Source of the DNA: a virus
Lineage: Duplodnaviria; Caudoviricetes
Reading direction: 5' to 3' (one strand)
Length of the DNA: 64,000 nt
Virus record (IMG/VR): IMGVR_UViG_3300020151_001495
Coordinates: 32,001-96,000 of that record
Numbering within the stretch: position 1 is the stretch's first letter; every line of letters begins with the position of its first letter. The notes under the pieces were generated by a model, which saw only the letters and a list, made by a program, of their open reading frames with translations, did not search any database and was not told the DNA's origin. Below are positions 53,812 to 64,000 of this stretch, piece by piece. Position numbers and translations under genes: made by a program.

Positions 53812-54273
53812 CTATTTAGTATTTATTGTACATATTACTGAACTTGCTCTGATTAAATTAGTGTATACAACTAGAGTATTGTATATGTTATTAGTATTAG
53901 CATATAAAAATTTTACTCCATCATCCCTTTCTTTAACAAAATTTTTAACTTTTTGTTGTCGATATCGAATATAGAATTCAATAAATGCTGTAGTAATTTG
54001 TTTTGGATTTGCTAAATTTTGTTTGGATTTAGGATATTTAAACATGAACTCTTTAAATATCCTAAACATATAAAAATTTTTATTTAAATGGATTAGTTCA
54101 ATAAACTCTGAGCACAATGGAAGAAACCTTCTAATAGCACTCAAATAATTTTCATACTTTTGAGTTTCACTGTCAGGAACAAGCATCGAGAGAGTTTCCA
54201 AAAAATGAATGCAATTATTTACTCCTTGTACTCCTTCTTGAAAAGGATGTTCTCTGACGACAGTGAGATTCAT
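53812..54273 (-). CDS. Hypothetical protein
   Basis: ORF track; translationally coupled to mazG. Confidence 0.6.
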   Translation of the reverse strand: MNLTVVREHPFQEGVQGVNNCIHFLETLSMLVPDSETQKYENYLSAIRRFLPLCSEFIELIHLNKNFYMFRIFKEFMFKYPKSKQNLANPKQITTAFIEFYIRYRQQKVKNFVKERDDGVKFLYANTNNIYNTLVVYTNLIRASSVICTINTK

Positions 54274-54713
54274 CAGATGTCTCCTTGTTGACGGTTCTCT
54301 GAACGGAATACTCGGAATGCTCCTTCTGGATAACGTGCAGTTAGTTTTTCAACATTCATTTCCAGAACTTCTTCCAGATTTGTTCCTAGTGCAATACAAC
54401 CCTGAGCAATATACCACATCACATCTCCCATTTCTTTAATCATGTGAGTACGTGATTGATCATTATAAGGTTTGCCTTGGAAAGCAATCTTCTTTACAAT
54501 CTCTGCAAACTCACCACCTTCCGCAGTAAGACCAATAGCAGCAGTTAGAAGTCGGTTCAAGTCAACACCAACACCGTTTACGTTGTCTTCAGGCAACTTA
54601 CGTTCAAGTTCATTTACTTTATTTACAAACTCTTCTGGGTTGCTTGAGTAAATGCTGGTAGTATCGCCAACGAATTGTTGGTATGCATCGAGACTAATTA
54701 ACTTTTTTGTCAT
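54273..54713 (-). CDS. mazG: MazG nucleoside triphosphate pyrophosphohydrolase
   Basis: GLTAEGGEFAEIVKK..KEMGDVMWY..NVEKL..RYP. Confidence 0.95.
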   Translation of the reverse strand: MTKKLISLDAYQQFVGDTTSIYSSNPEEFVNKVNELERKLPEDNVNGVGVDLNRLLTAAIGLTAEGGEFAEIVKKIAFQGKPYNDQSRTHMIKEMGDVMWYIAQGCIALGTNLEEVLEMNVEKLTARYPEGAFRVFRSENRQQGDI

Positions 54714-56095
54714 ACTTTAAAACCTTCAAATGTTCTTTGTTTACTAGTAAATTTGTCTTCGTACTCAGAGTCATCAAACGATTGACCAGAATCTGTGATT
54801 CCTTTCTGAGCAGTCACATCAACATTATACAACTTCATCTTCGCCCTGTCAACCCCCACGATAAATCTTTTGAATACCGTTGGATCATTGTAACGATTCT
54901 TAAGTTGTTTTACCATGATATGTCCAAGTTGTTCTAACTCTTCCGTACTAATTAGAGCAAACATAAAATCTGCAGTAGCAGGAAGACCAAAAGATTCAGA
55001 AGTATCGGTAAGTTCAACATCAGAATTACCGTATCCTGATCGAGTGGTTTGAGTAGCTGTAACAATAGGAACATTACATTCTACTGCAAGACCACGTAAC
55101 TCTTCTGCAATAGCTTTTACATAGGTGTATGAATTAACTATACTTCCTTTGTATCTGGATGATGCACAGATGTTTAGGTAATCAATAAAAATAATGTCTG
55201 GTCTAAAACCTTTCTTCAATGCTAGGTCATTCAGAAGACTTTTAAAATGCCCTACGTGTGCAGATGCAGTAGGATATTCCTTGATGATTAACTTTCCTCT
55301 CGTCTTCTCATGTAATTTCATGAGTTTAGATTCATATAAAGTCTTAGGAATATCAATAATCTCTTGTATATTTACATTCAAGAGGTTCGCATCAATTCGT
55401 TCAGCAATCCTTTCCTCTGCCATTTCAAGTGTAATGTAGAGAACATTGCGCCCCTGCAGGAGGATGGAGCTAGCCATGTGGCACATGAATAAACTTTTGC
55501 CGACACCCGTACCAGCAAGAGCGACATTGAGAGTCTTGCTAGGGAGACCACCTTTTGTAATTTTGTTAAAAAATTCAAGGTCGAATGGAATTTTGTCTTC
55601 TTTTTTGTGGTAAAAATCATATCGAGATTCTGAGTCTGAAATATAGTCATGACCAATATGGTCATCAAATGATACTGATAATGCATCGGAAAGAATAGAA
55701 GGAATTGAATCCTTACTTCTGGTTTTATCCTTTCCGTCTGCAATTTTAACTGAGTCTAATAGAGCCAAATAAATGGCTCTATCTTTACACCATTTTTCTG
55801 TGGTATCCAGTAACCATTGTCCATCAACTTTATCTTCATTTAACTCATTAATGAGATTAATTGAAGACTGATACATGTCGTCCGAGATGTCCTTTCTATT
55901 TTCAACTTCGATATTCAAAATTGATTTAGTAGGAACATCATCGTACTTCATGATGAACTTATGAATTTCCTGAAAGATTACTTTTTCATATAGTAATTCA
56001 AAGTAATTTTCTTTAATAAACGGAACTACCTTTCTGGCATATTTTTCATCATAAATTAAATTCGAAAGAATTTTTGTTTCAATTCTATCCATCAA
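54710..56095 (-). CDS. gp41: Replicative helicase gp41
   Basis: [41 protein letters not shown]. Confidence 0.97.
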   Translation of the reverse strand: MMDRIETKILSNLIYDEKYARKVVPFIKENYFELLYEKVIFQEIHKFIMKYDDVPTKSILNIEVENRKDISDDMYQSSINLINELNEDKVDGQWLLDTTEKWCKDRAIYLALLDSVKIADGKDKTRSKDSIPSILSDALSVSFDDHIGHDYISDSESRYDFYHKKEDKIPFDLEFFNKITKGGLPSKTLNVALAGTGVGKSLFMCHMASSILLQGRNVLYITLEMAEERIAERIDANLLNVNIQEIIDIPKTLYESKLMKLHEKTRGKLIIKEYPTASAHVGHFKSLLNDLALKKGFRPDIIFIDYLNICASSRYKGSIVNSYTYVKAIAEELRGLAVECNVPIVTATQTTRSGYGNSDVELTDTSESFGLPATADFMFALISTEELEQLGHIMVKQLKNRYNDPTVFKRFIVGVDRAKMKLYNVDVTAQKGITDSGQSFDDSEYEDKFTSKQRTFEGFKV

Positions 56096-57132
56096 GATTC
56101 GTCTCCATCAAATGTTTCCACCGTTCCATAACTATACTCCTTTTTAGCACATTCGTCAAGTGCTTCCATCACTTCGGCAGTAAAGAATTTTTCAGGATCC
56201 GAAAGGATAGCCTTAGCATAATACTTGCCATCATTAATTTCATAACGACCACCAGATTTAGTGAAAATTCCGTACTTCTCACCCAGCTCCAGTAGTCCAT
56301 AGTACTTGTCAAGCCCACGCTCATCATAGAATAACCTCGTTTCAATTAGTGAATTTTCTTTAGTAAACCTAGACTTAAATGCTTTGCACTTGATGATGTT
56401 ACCTACTACTTCAGTTCCATCTTTCTCTTTTGATTTAGAAAGATAGATGATAGTTGAAGCTGCATACTTAAGACCAGATCCACCACCCATTTCTTTGGTT
56501 GGCATATAGGATCCAATTACATCATAGGTGTGGTTGGTCACGATCATCGGAATGCCCGCTGTACCAAGCTTCAGGGACAGGATACGGAACACAGACTTAA
56601 TGACCTGTGAACGGGTCATGTCACGGGTTTCCTTGCCATCCGTGGCATCCTGGATCTCTTTGGTGGTCGCAAGCATTCCCAGAGAGTCTAGCACAAACAT
56701 GAGGGGTGGGCGCTCATCCTTCTTAAGTTTCATGTATTCATCAACTACTTTGATTGATTGAGTACGAAATTCTTGAACAGTAGAGACTGGAACTAGACCA
56801 ACTCGTTTTGCATCAATACCACGACTGGTCATCATTTCTTTTGTAATTGCAGACTCAGTTTCAAAGTAAATTACTTGTCCAGTAGGATTTTGTTGAAGGA
56901 AGTATTTAACGATTGACAAAGCGAAGAAAGTTTTTCCAGTAGATGACTCACCAGCGAGAGCTGTAATCTTGTTGTTAGGTAGCCCCCCAAAAATACTCCC
57001 ACTAAGGAGAGCATTAAAGATATAGCTCCCAGTGTCAACAAAGCCCCCACAATCTCCTGCGGTGACTCCATCTTCGACGATTCCTGCATATTCGTTATCT
57101 AATTGTTTGATTACACTATTTAAGAAATTCAT
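56092..57132 (-). CDS. uvsX: RecA-like recombinase UvsX
   Basis: [28 protein letters not shown]. Confidence 0.97.
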   Translation of the reverse strand: MNFLNSVIKQLDNEYAGIVEDGVTAGDCGGFVDTGSYIFNALLSGSIFGGLPNNKITALAGESSTGKTFFALSIVKYFLQQNPTGQVIYFETESAITKEMMTSRGIDAKRVGLVPVSTVQEFRTQSIKVVDEYMKLKKDERPPLMFVLDSLGMLATTKEIQDATDGKETRDMTRSQVIKSVFRILSLKLGTAGIPMIVTNHTYDVIGSYMPTKEMGGGSGLKYAASTIIYLSKSKEKDGTEVVGNIIKCKAFKSRFTKENSLIETRLFYDERGLDKYYGLLELGEKYGIFTKSGGRYEINDGKYYAKAILSDPEKFFTAEVMEALDECAKKEYSYGTVETFDGDES

Positions 57133-57152
57133 AAGTTACTCCGTTATAATGG

Positions 57153-59642
57153 TTAAATAAATCCTTCAAGGGTTCCTCTTTTTTCAGATACCCATCCAAT
57201 CGAATTCAAAACATTTTCAAGTGGTTTCAGAAAGCTTGTTTGAAATTGCATATTGTAATCAATATACTTGTGCAATCCAAATTCCTCAGGAAGAGTCTGA
57301 AAATATGAAATGACATTTTCTCCGATAGGATTAGGTTCTTTGAGGTAAATAAATTTAATCTTTTCTCCTTCTTGAATATAAGGATACTTGTTAGTTAGCT
57401 TCAACTGCTTTACTAAATGATTGTATAGAATTGCTCCTCTTACTTGAATCGGAGTTCTCTCTGCATATAGTTTAACAGGGTTTTTATATTTGTCAAGGTT
57501 GTTTAGACCTCGTGGGAATGAAATATTTACAATATCTTGTTGCTTTGTTTCTTCCTTAATATCTTTGATAAATTTAATCACATCGTCATTATCACTCATG
57601 AGAATAATTTTAAATGCTTTCTTTAATTTATCTCGGTAGTAAGAAGGAGTAGAAGATCGTGCAGTTTCCAATCCCATGATTTTCATTTTTGGTTCAGTAT
57701 ATCGAACCCCTTCACTGTCCCATACATTCAAGATATATCTTTTCTTTGCAGTCCAGATTCCTTTGTCTGCGATATTCTCTCGTTTCATTTGCATTTTTTG
57801 ATCAAATGCATTCACGTATTTCGCCAATTCTTGGTAAGAACTTTCAATATACTTTTCAAATTCCATAGTACAGATCTTATCAAGGAACGAAACAACGCTC
57901 TCAGTAGTTTTCTCTCTTCCCTTGAATATAGCACGAACAAAAGGACCCATATTAAGATAGATGGAATCAGTATCAATTGCAATAACATAATCATCATTAG
58001 TTTTGAGTATTTTGTTCATGTATCCATTTAGATTCTTTTCAATCCAGCGAATCGAAAGCTGTCCTGAAAGAGTAATTGCTTCTGCGTTTGCAATATGAAA
58101 GTATCGAAAATGTTCATTGCCAATAGCACCATATGCAGAGTTGAGTTGAATCTTTCGTGCCATCTGAATGTTATTACAGCGAGCAATCTCCTTCTTTAAT
58201 TCATTCGTTGGAGTTTGTTCGTATTGCTGTTTAGCAGCAATCATTTTCTTCTTATAGATTGTACGATCATCATAAGTTTTCTGCATTAATTTTGGCAGAA
58301 AACCTTGCTCATTAATATCGTACATTGCACCATTTGCACAGACAGTAGCACATTCTAATTTAGAAGTGTCTACTTCCATATTCAATAATTTATCAACAGA
58401 TATTCCAGACATTCTCTCTTCTAGAAGAGTTTCTGGAGATATGTTGTATTGCATTATCAAGTGTGGATATAGTGAATTCAAGTCAAATGATACAACCCAA
58501 TCATGCTTTCCTAGGATAGGATCTTTTACATATGCACCTTCATATGCATAATCTTTCTTATTTGATTTTTTAGGAGGAACTACAATGTTCTTCTTCTTCA
58601 AATAATTGAAAATAATATTATCCCAGGTTTTTACCTGAGAATATACATCCTCATAGTTCTGCTTGGCGTCATATGCCATAGTAAGACAAAGTTCAATCAA
58701 CTTCATTTTATCATCAAGACGCTCAACTAGTTCAACGTCTCGAATGTTATAGTCAACAAACTTTTCCCAGTTTTCAGTATAAAATTGTTTGAAGTTTTCA
58801 AACTCACTATGGTCAATTTTATTTTCACCAAGTTCTACTGATGCAATATGATCTAGTCGATATGATTCTTGGTTTGTGTAAGTAAACTTTTGATATAGAT
58901 CATAATAGTCCAAACATGATATTCCAATCAAGTTATAGACAATTTGTTTTCTACCACGAACTACAATCTCTCTACTATAGAAAAGATTCCATGGAGACAT
59001 AGACTTTGCATATTTATCTGACAATACTCGATCTAAACGTTTCATGATGTATGGAATATCGTATAGATAAACATTCCATCCTGTAATTACATCTGGAGTA
59101 TTATCAACCCACCAAGAAACAAAACTTCGAAGCATTTCTTGTTCAGTCCAGAACACATTATATGTTACATCGGATCTGGTAGGTTGATACTCTCTAGTTC
59201 CCCATACACAAATTTTCTTTGTATTTAAATCCTTTACTGTAATACATAGCATTTCTTCAGATGCAGTATCAACATTAGGGAATCCATTTTCACAAGCAAC
59301 CTCAATATCTAGAGAAAATATCTTTAGTTGGGATATATCAAACTTGATTTCAGATTCTGAAAATTCATCTGCAATGTATTGAGATAAGAATCTTTCGTAT
59401 CCAAATATTTCAAAGTTGTCTACTCCTTCGTATTTTTTGATAAACTCTCTAGCTTCTTTTACTTTGTCAAATTTAATTGGGGAAACATAATTGCCATCCA
59501 ACGTTTTGTACTTAGTAGGTTTTGGAGATGGGACAAATAAAGTAGGAGAGAATTTATCCTTGTAAATTTCTGCAACTCCATTATCGTATCCTCGATAATA
59601 GATTGAATCTCCTACCAATTGAATATTTGTGTAAAACCTCAT
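57153..59642 (-). CDS. gp43: Family B DNA polymerase gp43
   Basis: DIEV (ExoI), SFDLNSLYP, KIQLNSAYGA, DTDS, KKRY; no intein. Confidence 0.98.
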   Translation of the reverse strand: MRFYTNIQLVGDSIYYRGYDNGVAEIYKDKFSPTLFVPSPKPTKYKTLDGNYVSPIKFDKVKEAREFIKKYEGVDNFEIFGYERFLSQYIADEFSESEIKFDISQLKIFSLDIEVACENGFPNVDTASEEMLCITVKDLNTKKICVWGTREYQPTRSDVTYNVFWTEQEMLRSFVSWWVDNTPDVITGWNVYLYDIPYIMKRLDRVLSDKYAKSMSPWNLFYSREIVVRGRKQIVYNLIGISCLDYYDLYQKFTYTNQESYRLDHIASVELGENKIDHSEFENFKQFYTENWEKFVDYNIRDVELVERLDDKMKLIELCLTMAYDAKQNYEDVYSQVKTWDNIIFNYLKKKNIVVPPKKSNKKDYAYEGAYVKDPILGKHDWVVSFDLNSLYPHLIMQYNISPETLLEERMSGISVDKLLNMEVDTSKLECATVCANGAMYDINEQGFLPKLMQKTYDDRTIYKKKMIAAKQQYEQTPTNELKKEIARCNNIQMARKIQLNSAYGAIGNEHFRYFHIANAEAITLSGQLSIRWIEKNLNGYMNKILKTNDDYVIAIDTDSIYLNMGPFVRAIFKGREKTTESVVSFLDKICTMEFEKYIESSYQELAKYVNAFDQKMQMKRENIADKGIWTAKKRYILNVWDSEGVRYTEPKMKIMGLETARSSTPSYYRDKLKKAFKIILMSDNDDVIKFIKDIKEETKQQDIVNISFPRGLNNLDKYKNPVKLYAERTPIQVRGAILYNHLVKQLKLTNKYPYIQEGEKIKFIYLKEPNPIGENVISYFQTLPEEFGLHKYIDYNMQFQTSFLKPLENVLNSIGWVSEKRGTLEGFI

Positions 59643-60004
59643 TTAGCAATAAGTTGAGTGTAAAGGTTAAGAATTTCTGGAGCTGGTTCTATGATAGTCA
59701 TAATTTTATCCGAATTCAGAAGAATATCTACATCTTCGGTAAACATAGGATATTTAACTAACTGAGCATAATCAGTTTGAATAGTTGTAATCTCTTCACC
59801 ATCTTTAATATTTTTTTCTTCAGTAGTTCGTAGAAATGCTGCGTTATCTGGAGGAAAATGTTTATCCTGTTCGTTATAATCCCAGTAAGTTAGCTCCAAA
59901 ACTCGATATGGATTTTTCATGTACAGAGAAGGCTCTTCATCTAGCTCTTCATATTCACAGACAATATAATCATTGTTGATGAGTTGAATCAATTTAATAT
60001 TCAT
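59639..60004 (-). CDS. Hypothetical protein
   Basis: MNIKLIQL..; follows an early promoter. Confidence 0.65.
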   Translation of the reverse strand: MNIKLIQLINNDYIVCEYEELDEEPSLYMKNPYRVLELTYWDYNEQDKHFPPDNAAFLRTTEEKNIKDGEEITTIQTDYAQLVKYPMFTEDVDILLNSDKIMTIIEPAPEILNLYTQLIAK

Positions 60005-60032
60005 GATTGGTTTCAGTAGAACATCTCTATGT

Positions 60033-60061
60033 AGTATACCACGCTTCCGTCCCCGTGTCAA
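60033..60061 (-). promoter_or_regulatory. Early promoter of the replication operon
   Basis: TTGACA-N17-TATACT. Confidence 0.8.
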
Positions 60062-60135
60062 GAAAAAAGACCCACCCCTGATAGTTGCCAGGGAGGGTCT
60101 TTTGCCAACGATATTTGGGGATTTCCCTTGATTAT

Positions 60136-60606
60136 TTAGGCATCTTCTGTTAAAAGGGTTGGTTCACTTTTAACTCCTGAAATGCTCCAGGTTGTTTTCT
60201 TTTGATGTTCTGGAATAATTCTTTCGATGTCTACTGTTAATAATCCATGCTCAAAATTCACAGAGGATACTCTATGTTCATCAGAGAGTTGAATTTTACG
60301 GGTGAAGGAACGTTTTGACAGACCTTTGTGTACATACTGTCTTGAAGTATCTCGTTCCTCAACTTTGCTGGCAATTGTGAGAATGTTTTGTTCTGTAAAG
60401 ACTTCAATCTCTTCTGGTGTAAATCCTGCAAGAGCGACTTCAACTGTGTAGTTACTATTGTCATGTTTGACGATATTGTAGGGCGGATAGTTGACGTTAA
60501 CTGAATGATGCATTGCATCTAGACGGTTAAACATTTCATCCAGACCTACAGCGAGTGGAGCGTAGTCGTTCCAAAATGAGTCTAGTGATTGAGTAGTGAA
60601 TTTCAT
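60136..60606 (-). CDS. hsp20: Small heat shock protein
   Basis: NYPPYNI, EVALAGF, YVHKGLSKRSF, FEHGLLTV. Confidence 0.96.
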   Translation of the reverse strand: MKFTTQSLDSFWNDYAPLAVGLDEMFNRLDAMHHSVNVNYPPYNIVKHDNSNYTVEVALAGFTPEEIEVFTEQNILTIASKVEERDTSRQYVHKGLSKRSFTRKIQLSDEHRVSSVNFEHGLLTVDIERIIPEHQKKTTWSISGVKSEPTLLTEDA

Positions 60607-60763
60607 TTTTAATCTCCTTGTTAAGCGAGAGTTGTTTATAGAGACCCGTTTGGCATCTCTTCACAATTATATATATAAGTATTCCTAAATATACAGTTCG
60701 GATTTCCGAAAATAAATATAGTATAACCAGTACACATATTATGCTTTTAATGGCGATGAAATA

Positions 60764-60794
60764 AAAAAAAGAAGGGGGGCTACTGCCCCCCTTT
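60764..60794 (-). terminator. Intrinsic terminator after regA
   Basis: AAGGGGGGC-AGTA-GCCCCCCTT-CTTTTTTT. Confidence 0.85.
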
Positions 60795-60795
60795 C

Positions 60796-61221
60796 TCATT
60801 CTGGTTGTTTCTTTTTACCAATGTTATATTTACTCTCTAAAGTCCACTCATGCTTATCCTTAAATGAAAGAACTTTGATTTGACTTAAAGGTGCTGCATC
60901 AGATACTTGATCTGCATTAACAATTTTAACCAATCCCCAATCTTGTAGTAACTGAGCTACTCGGTTCTTCCTTTGAATATCATTCGCAAATAGATTTGCT
61001 CGTTTGCCATCTAGAGCAAACAATTCTTTAAAGTGTACAATATAATATCTACCTTGCTTATGAAGAATATGGCAAGATTGATATAATTTTTTTTCTTTAC
61101 GTGAAGCAACTCCAATTCTAGTCAGAGTCTCACGAACTTTCAAAAAATCATCTGGTTCATTTAAAATCACTTCAACCATCTGGTCAGGTGACCAAGATAC
61201 TTCGATGTCACTAGTACTCAT
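60796..61221 (-). CDS. regA: Translational repressor RegA
   Basis: DDFLKVRETLTRIGVAS..LYQSCHILHKQGRYYIVHFKELF. Confidence 0.98.
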   Translation of the reverse strand: MSTSDIEVSWSPDQMVEVILNEPDDFLKVRETLTRIGVASRKEKKLYQSCHILHKQGRYYIVHFKELFALDGKRANLFANDIQRKNRVAQLLQDWGLVKIVNADQVSDAAPLSQIKVLSFKDKHEWTLESKYNIGKKKQPE

Positions 61222-61601
61222 CGTTTTCCTCCACGATTCATTTTAGATTTAATAAATTCAATTTGGTCTCCGTTAAGTATTTTTAATGCAGATTTTGCTT
61301 TGTCGGTATTGTAACCATAATATTGTTTAATTAGGTCAACAATATCGTCATCCTGCTTTTTTAACCAAGGAGAGAACCTTTTTTTCGGCCTGATAATATT
61401 TATATAAAAATCATATTGTAACTTCTTATCTATTTGCCAATGATAATTCATTTCATTAGCAAATAAAACAATATCAGAGAATCCAGAGAAATACCTATTA
61501 ATAACATATGAATTATATTTCTTTTCGTATCCAGGATCAGAATCCATCAGATTGATCTTAGATTGATTGATGGAATTTAGATAATCTTTTAAATCATACA
61601 T
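61218..61601 (-). CDS. gp62: Clamp loader small subunit gp62
   Basis: LKDYLNSIN, ANEMN, LQYDF..KKRFSPW, YYGYN. Confidence 0.93.
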   Translation of the reverse strand: MYDLKDYLNSINQSKINLMDSDPGYEKKYNSYVINRYFSGFSDIVLFANEMNYHWQIDKKLQYDFYINIIRPKKRFSPWLKKQDDDIVDLIKQYYGYNTDKAKSALKILNGDQIEFIKSKMNRGGKR

Positions 61602-61602
61602 A

Positions 61603-62550
61603 TTATTTAAACTGACAGTCGTGCATAATTTCAGTGAAACAAGCAAGCAAGTTGATTTCTTGATCTGCAACAAAAGGAACTTTTGATTGGTAGTTAGCAA
61701 GAATAATAACTGCCTGTGGAATATATTGAGGTTTCATTGTTTGATACATCTTGTCGTATACCAACCTAATCAATCTATTCACATCATTGTCTAGATTTTC
61801 AACAACCCATTTCCTCACATTACTAAAGTCTTTATCTCGCATGAAAGTGATTAGATTCTTTACATTAGAATCAGAAAAGGTTGCAAGAATTCCACTGTCA
61901 ATTGTTCCACCAGAAGAATAACGTTGCAGTTCGTTTAAGACTCTCCTCCAATCTGGGAAAAAATTATTGATTACTTCTGCAACAACTTTTTCATCATACT
62001 CGACATTCTCTTTCTCAAGTATAAACCTGACACGGTTGAAGAACTCTGATGCGATTCTAGCCTTTTCCTTTCCTGTGATGTTGAAATCGAAGACCGCACA
62101 TCGTGATTGAAGGGGTTCAATGATCTTGTTCTTGTAGTTACAGGTGAAGATGAATCTGCAGTTGCGATGAAACGTCTCAATGTTTGCCCGTAATAGGAGT
62201 TGTACGTCGTTGGTTGTGTTATCAGCTTCGTCAATAATGATGACTTTTGGTTTATTAGTTGTTTCCAGTGATACGGTCGATGCAAAGTTTTTGGCTTTGT
62301 TCCGAACTGTGTCGAGAAATCTACCTTCATCGGATCCATTGATGACATAAGAATCTACTCCTAATTCATTACACAATGCTTTAGCTACTGTTGTTTTCCC
62401 TATTCCTGGAGGACCAGAAAACAACATATTTGGAATTTCTCCCTTAGTTACAAAATCCTCAAAACAGGTTTTAATACTGGAAGGGAGAATACAATCATTT
62501 ACTACTGTTGGTCGGTAAGACTCAACCCACAAAAAATCATTACGAGACAT
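61603..62550 (-). CDS. gp44: Clamp loader large subunit gp44
   Basis: LWVESYRP, GPPGIGKTT, IIDEAD, PLQSRC, FPDWRR. Confidence 0.96.
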   Translation of the reverse strand: MSRNDFLWVESYRPTVVNDCILPSSIKTCFEDFVTKGEIPNMLFSGPPGIGKTTVAKALCNELGVDSYVINGSDEGRFLDTVRNKAKNFASTVSLETTNKPKVIIIDEADNTTNDVQLLLRANIETFHRNCRFIFTCNYKNKIIEPLQSRCAVFDFNITGKEKARIASEFFNRVRFILEKENVEYDEKVVAEVINNFFPDWRRVLNELQRYSSGGTIDSGILATFSDSNVKNLITFMRDKDFSNVRKWVVENLDNDVNRLIRLVYDKMYQTMKPQYIPQAVIILANYQSKVPFVADQEINLLACFTEIMHDCQFK

Positions 62551-62554
62551 GGGA

Positions 62555-63220
62555 TCATTCCTCAATTTCAGAATCTGGTTCTAGTGCAATTAGATAAGTA
62601 AGCTTATACCGAGAACTAACAAAAGTAGAAACGTTCGGAAATGAGATCTTTACATTATAACTATCTGGAACAATCTTTAGGTTTTCTACTTTGAAGTTAA
62701 CATTAAACTTACGAGTAGTTTTTCCTACGGTAACTGAGAAATTATTAGATGTGGAGTTTTCTCTATCACACACTACTAAAGTAACTTCAGTACCATTACC
62801 GATTAGAGACATATCATCTAGCTGATATACTTTGGCTGCCTTGAATAGTGAATTAAGAACTTCTTCCGATAACTCAAACTCAACATCAGTTGAAAGATCA
62901 GGAAGTTTTTTATTACTAGTTTGAATAAGCGATGGATCACAATAGTAATATTTTACCTTGGATCTACCACTTGTAATCAGTACATACTTTTCATTTGAAA
63001 AATCAAACTCTGGAGTTTTCAGAATGGTGAGTCCTCGAAGAAATTCAAGCAAATCATAAATGGCAAAGTCTGCATCGAAATGCTCTTGGCATTCATAGAT
63101 TGCTTTAATATTTTTCTGAGGAGAAACCGTTTGAATTACATTTCCTTTCTTCACTACGATTGAAGAATTAATGTTCGCAAAATTTTCAAGAATGTTTTTG
63201 GTTTCATCGGAAATGTTCAT
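62555..63220 (-). CDS. gp45: Sliding clamp gp45
   Basis: ILENFANINSSI, FAIYDL.EFL, YLIALEPDS. Confidence 0.95.
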   Translation of the reverse strand: MNISDETKNILENFANINSSIVVKKGNVIQTVSPQKNIKAIYECQEHFDADFAIYDLLEFLRGLTILKTPEFDFSNEKYVLITSGRSKVKYYYCDPSLIQTSNKKLPDLSTDVEFELSEEVLNSLFKAAKVYQLDDMSLIGNGTEVTLVVCDRENSTSNNFSVTVGKTTRKFNVNFKVENLKIVPDSYNVKISFPNVSTFVSSRYKLTYLIALEPDSEIEE

Positions 63221-63531
63221 ACTGATTTAAACTCCTGAAGACCGTTGTTAATACGTGAATAATGTTTATCAAAGTGAAGCAAAAGCATAGCATAGTGAAT
63301 GACTTTCATCAAATCACGTTTGTTGTGACCATCTTTGTCACCATAACGAGAGCCATACTTTAAAATGTTTGCTTGACAGAAATCTTGAGCTAACCCCTTA
63401 GCTGCCATAAGATCAATAGTCTGAACATCACGATAGTCTTCGTCGTGACCGCAGTAATGACTTCCATAAGTACTTACTATATACTCCTCAATATCCTTGA
63501 GGATCCTATCTTCATTGTACTTCCATTGCAT
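63217..63531 (-). CDS. Conserved cyanophage hypothetical protein (DUF3310-like)
   Basis: STYGSHY, FCQANILKYGSRYGDKDG..DLMKVIHYA. Confidence 0.75.
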   Translation of the reverse strand: MQWKYNEDRILKDIEEYIVSTYGSHYCGHDEDYRDVQTIDLMAAKGLAQDFCQANILKYGSRYGDKDGHNKRDLMKVIHYAMLLLHFDKHYSRINNGLQEFKSV

Positions 63532-63585
63532 AATTAAAATCTCCAAATAAAAAATGGGGAGAAAGACTCCCCTAGTATACATCAA

Positions 63586-64000
63586 TCAAATAGAACTGTC
63601 AAGTGCTTCTTCATTAGTTTCTACCACACCTTCCTCAGTAGTTTCTAGGGCAGAAGCATCAATATTCTTATAGAGATCTAGGAAAGAACTCTTGGTATCA
63701 TCATCAAAACGATTAATACAAACATTGATAGCTTTCTTGCGGTTTTTGAAAATTGCAAATGATTGAATGATGTGAACAAGACGGCGAGTGGTAATAATTT
63801 CATCTACCCCACCATCATAGAAGGTCTTACGAATGTTATCAGCCCAGACAATTAGCTTGTCTACAAACTCCTCATCAACAACCTCAAATGAATTCATCAG
63901 GTTCATAAGAATCTTTTTCTCAGTCGCCATAGAAGGATAAGGTTGCTCAAACGTGATGGGGAAACGCTCAAGGAAAGCTTCGTTCATCACGTTAGTGCCG
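63586..64000 (-). CDS. cobS: CobS-like AAA+ ATPase (C-terminal part)
   Basis: GTNVMNEAFLERF, WADNIRKTFYDGGVDEIITTRRLVHI. Confidence 0.92.
   Translation of the reverse strand, partial: GTNVMNEAFLERFPITFEQPYPSMATEKKILMNLMNSFEVVDEEFVDKLIVWADNIRKTFYDGGVDEIITTRRLVHIIQSFAIFKNRKKAINVCINRFDDDTKSSFLDLYKNIDASALETTEEGVVETNEEALDSSI

Overview
A 64-kb AT-rich segment of a T4-like cyanomyovirus (probably a freshwater Synechococcus-type phage). Most genes are on the minus strand. It contains a truncated giant virion/tail-fibre gene; the baseplate/tail module (gp5, gp27-like, two tape-measure-like paralogues, gp51, gp26, tube-like gene, gp2, gp4, gp48, gp53); and replication and nucleotide genes (gp32, gp59, gp33, rnh, thyX, nrdA/B/C, gp61, gp41, uvsX, gp43, regA, gp62, gp44, gp45). 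Host-derived auxiliary genes include psbA, two hli, petF, cp12, speD, phoH, mazG, hsp20, cobS and an SLH-porin. There is also a dispersed tRNA/ncRNA array. Two observations stand out. (1) A tRNA-Asn(GTT) gene is split inside its anticodon by a 46-nt insert that itself folds as a miniature tRNA (acceptor stem plus T-arm), next to an antisense HNH endonuclease gene; RNase P plus RNase Z cleavage would regenerate the anticodon exactly. (2) The gp51-like reading frame has no start codon ahead of its conserved N-terminus and joins gp26 through a T-TTT-TTC -1 slippery site, like lambda G/GT tail chaperones. Several other tRNA-like and structured RNAs are unexplained. All calls come from reading the sequence and recognising motifs; no searches were run.
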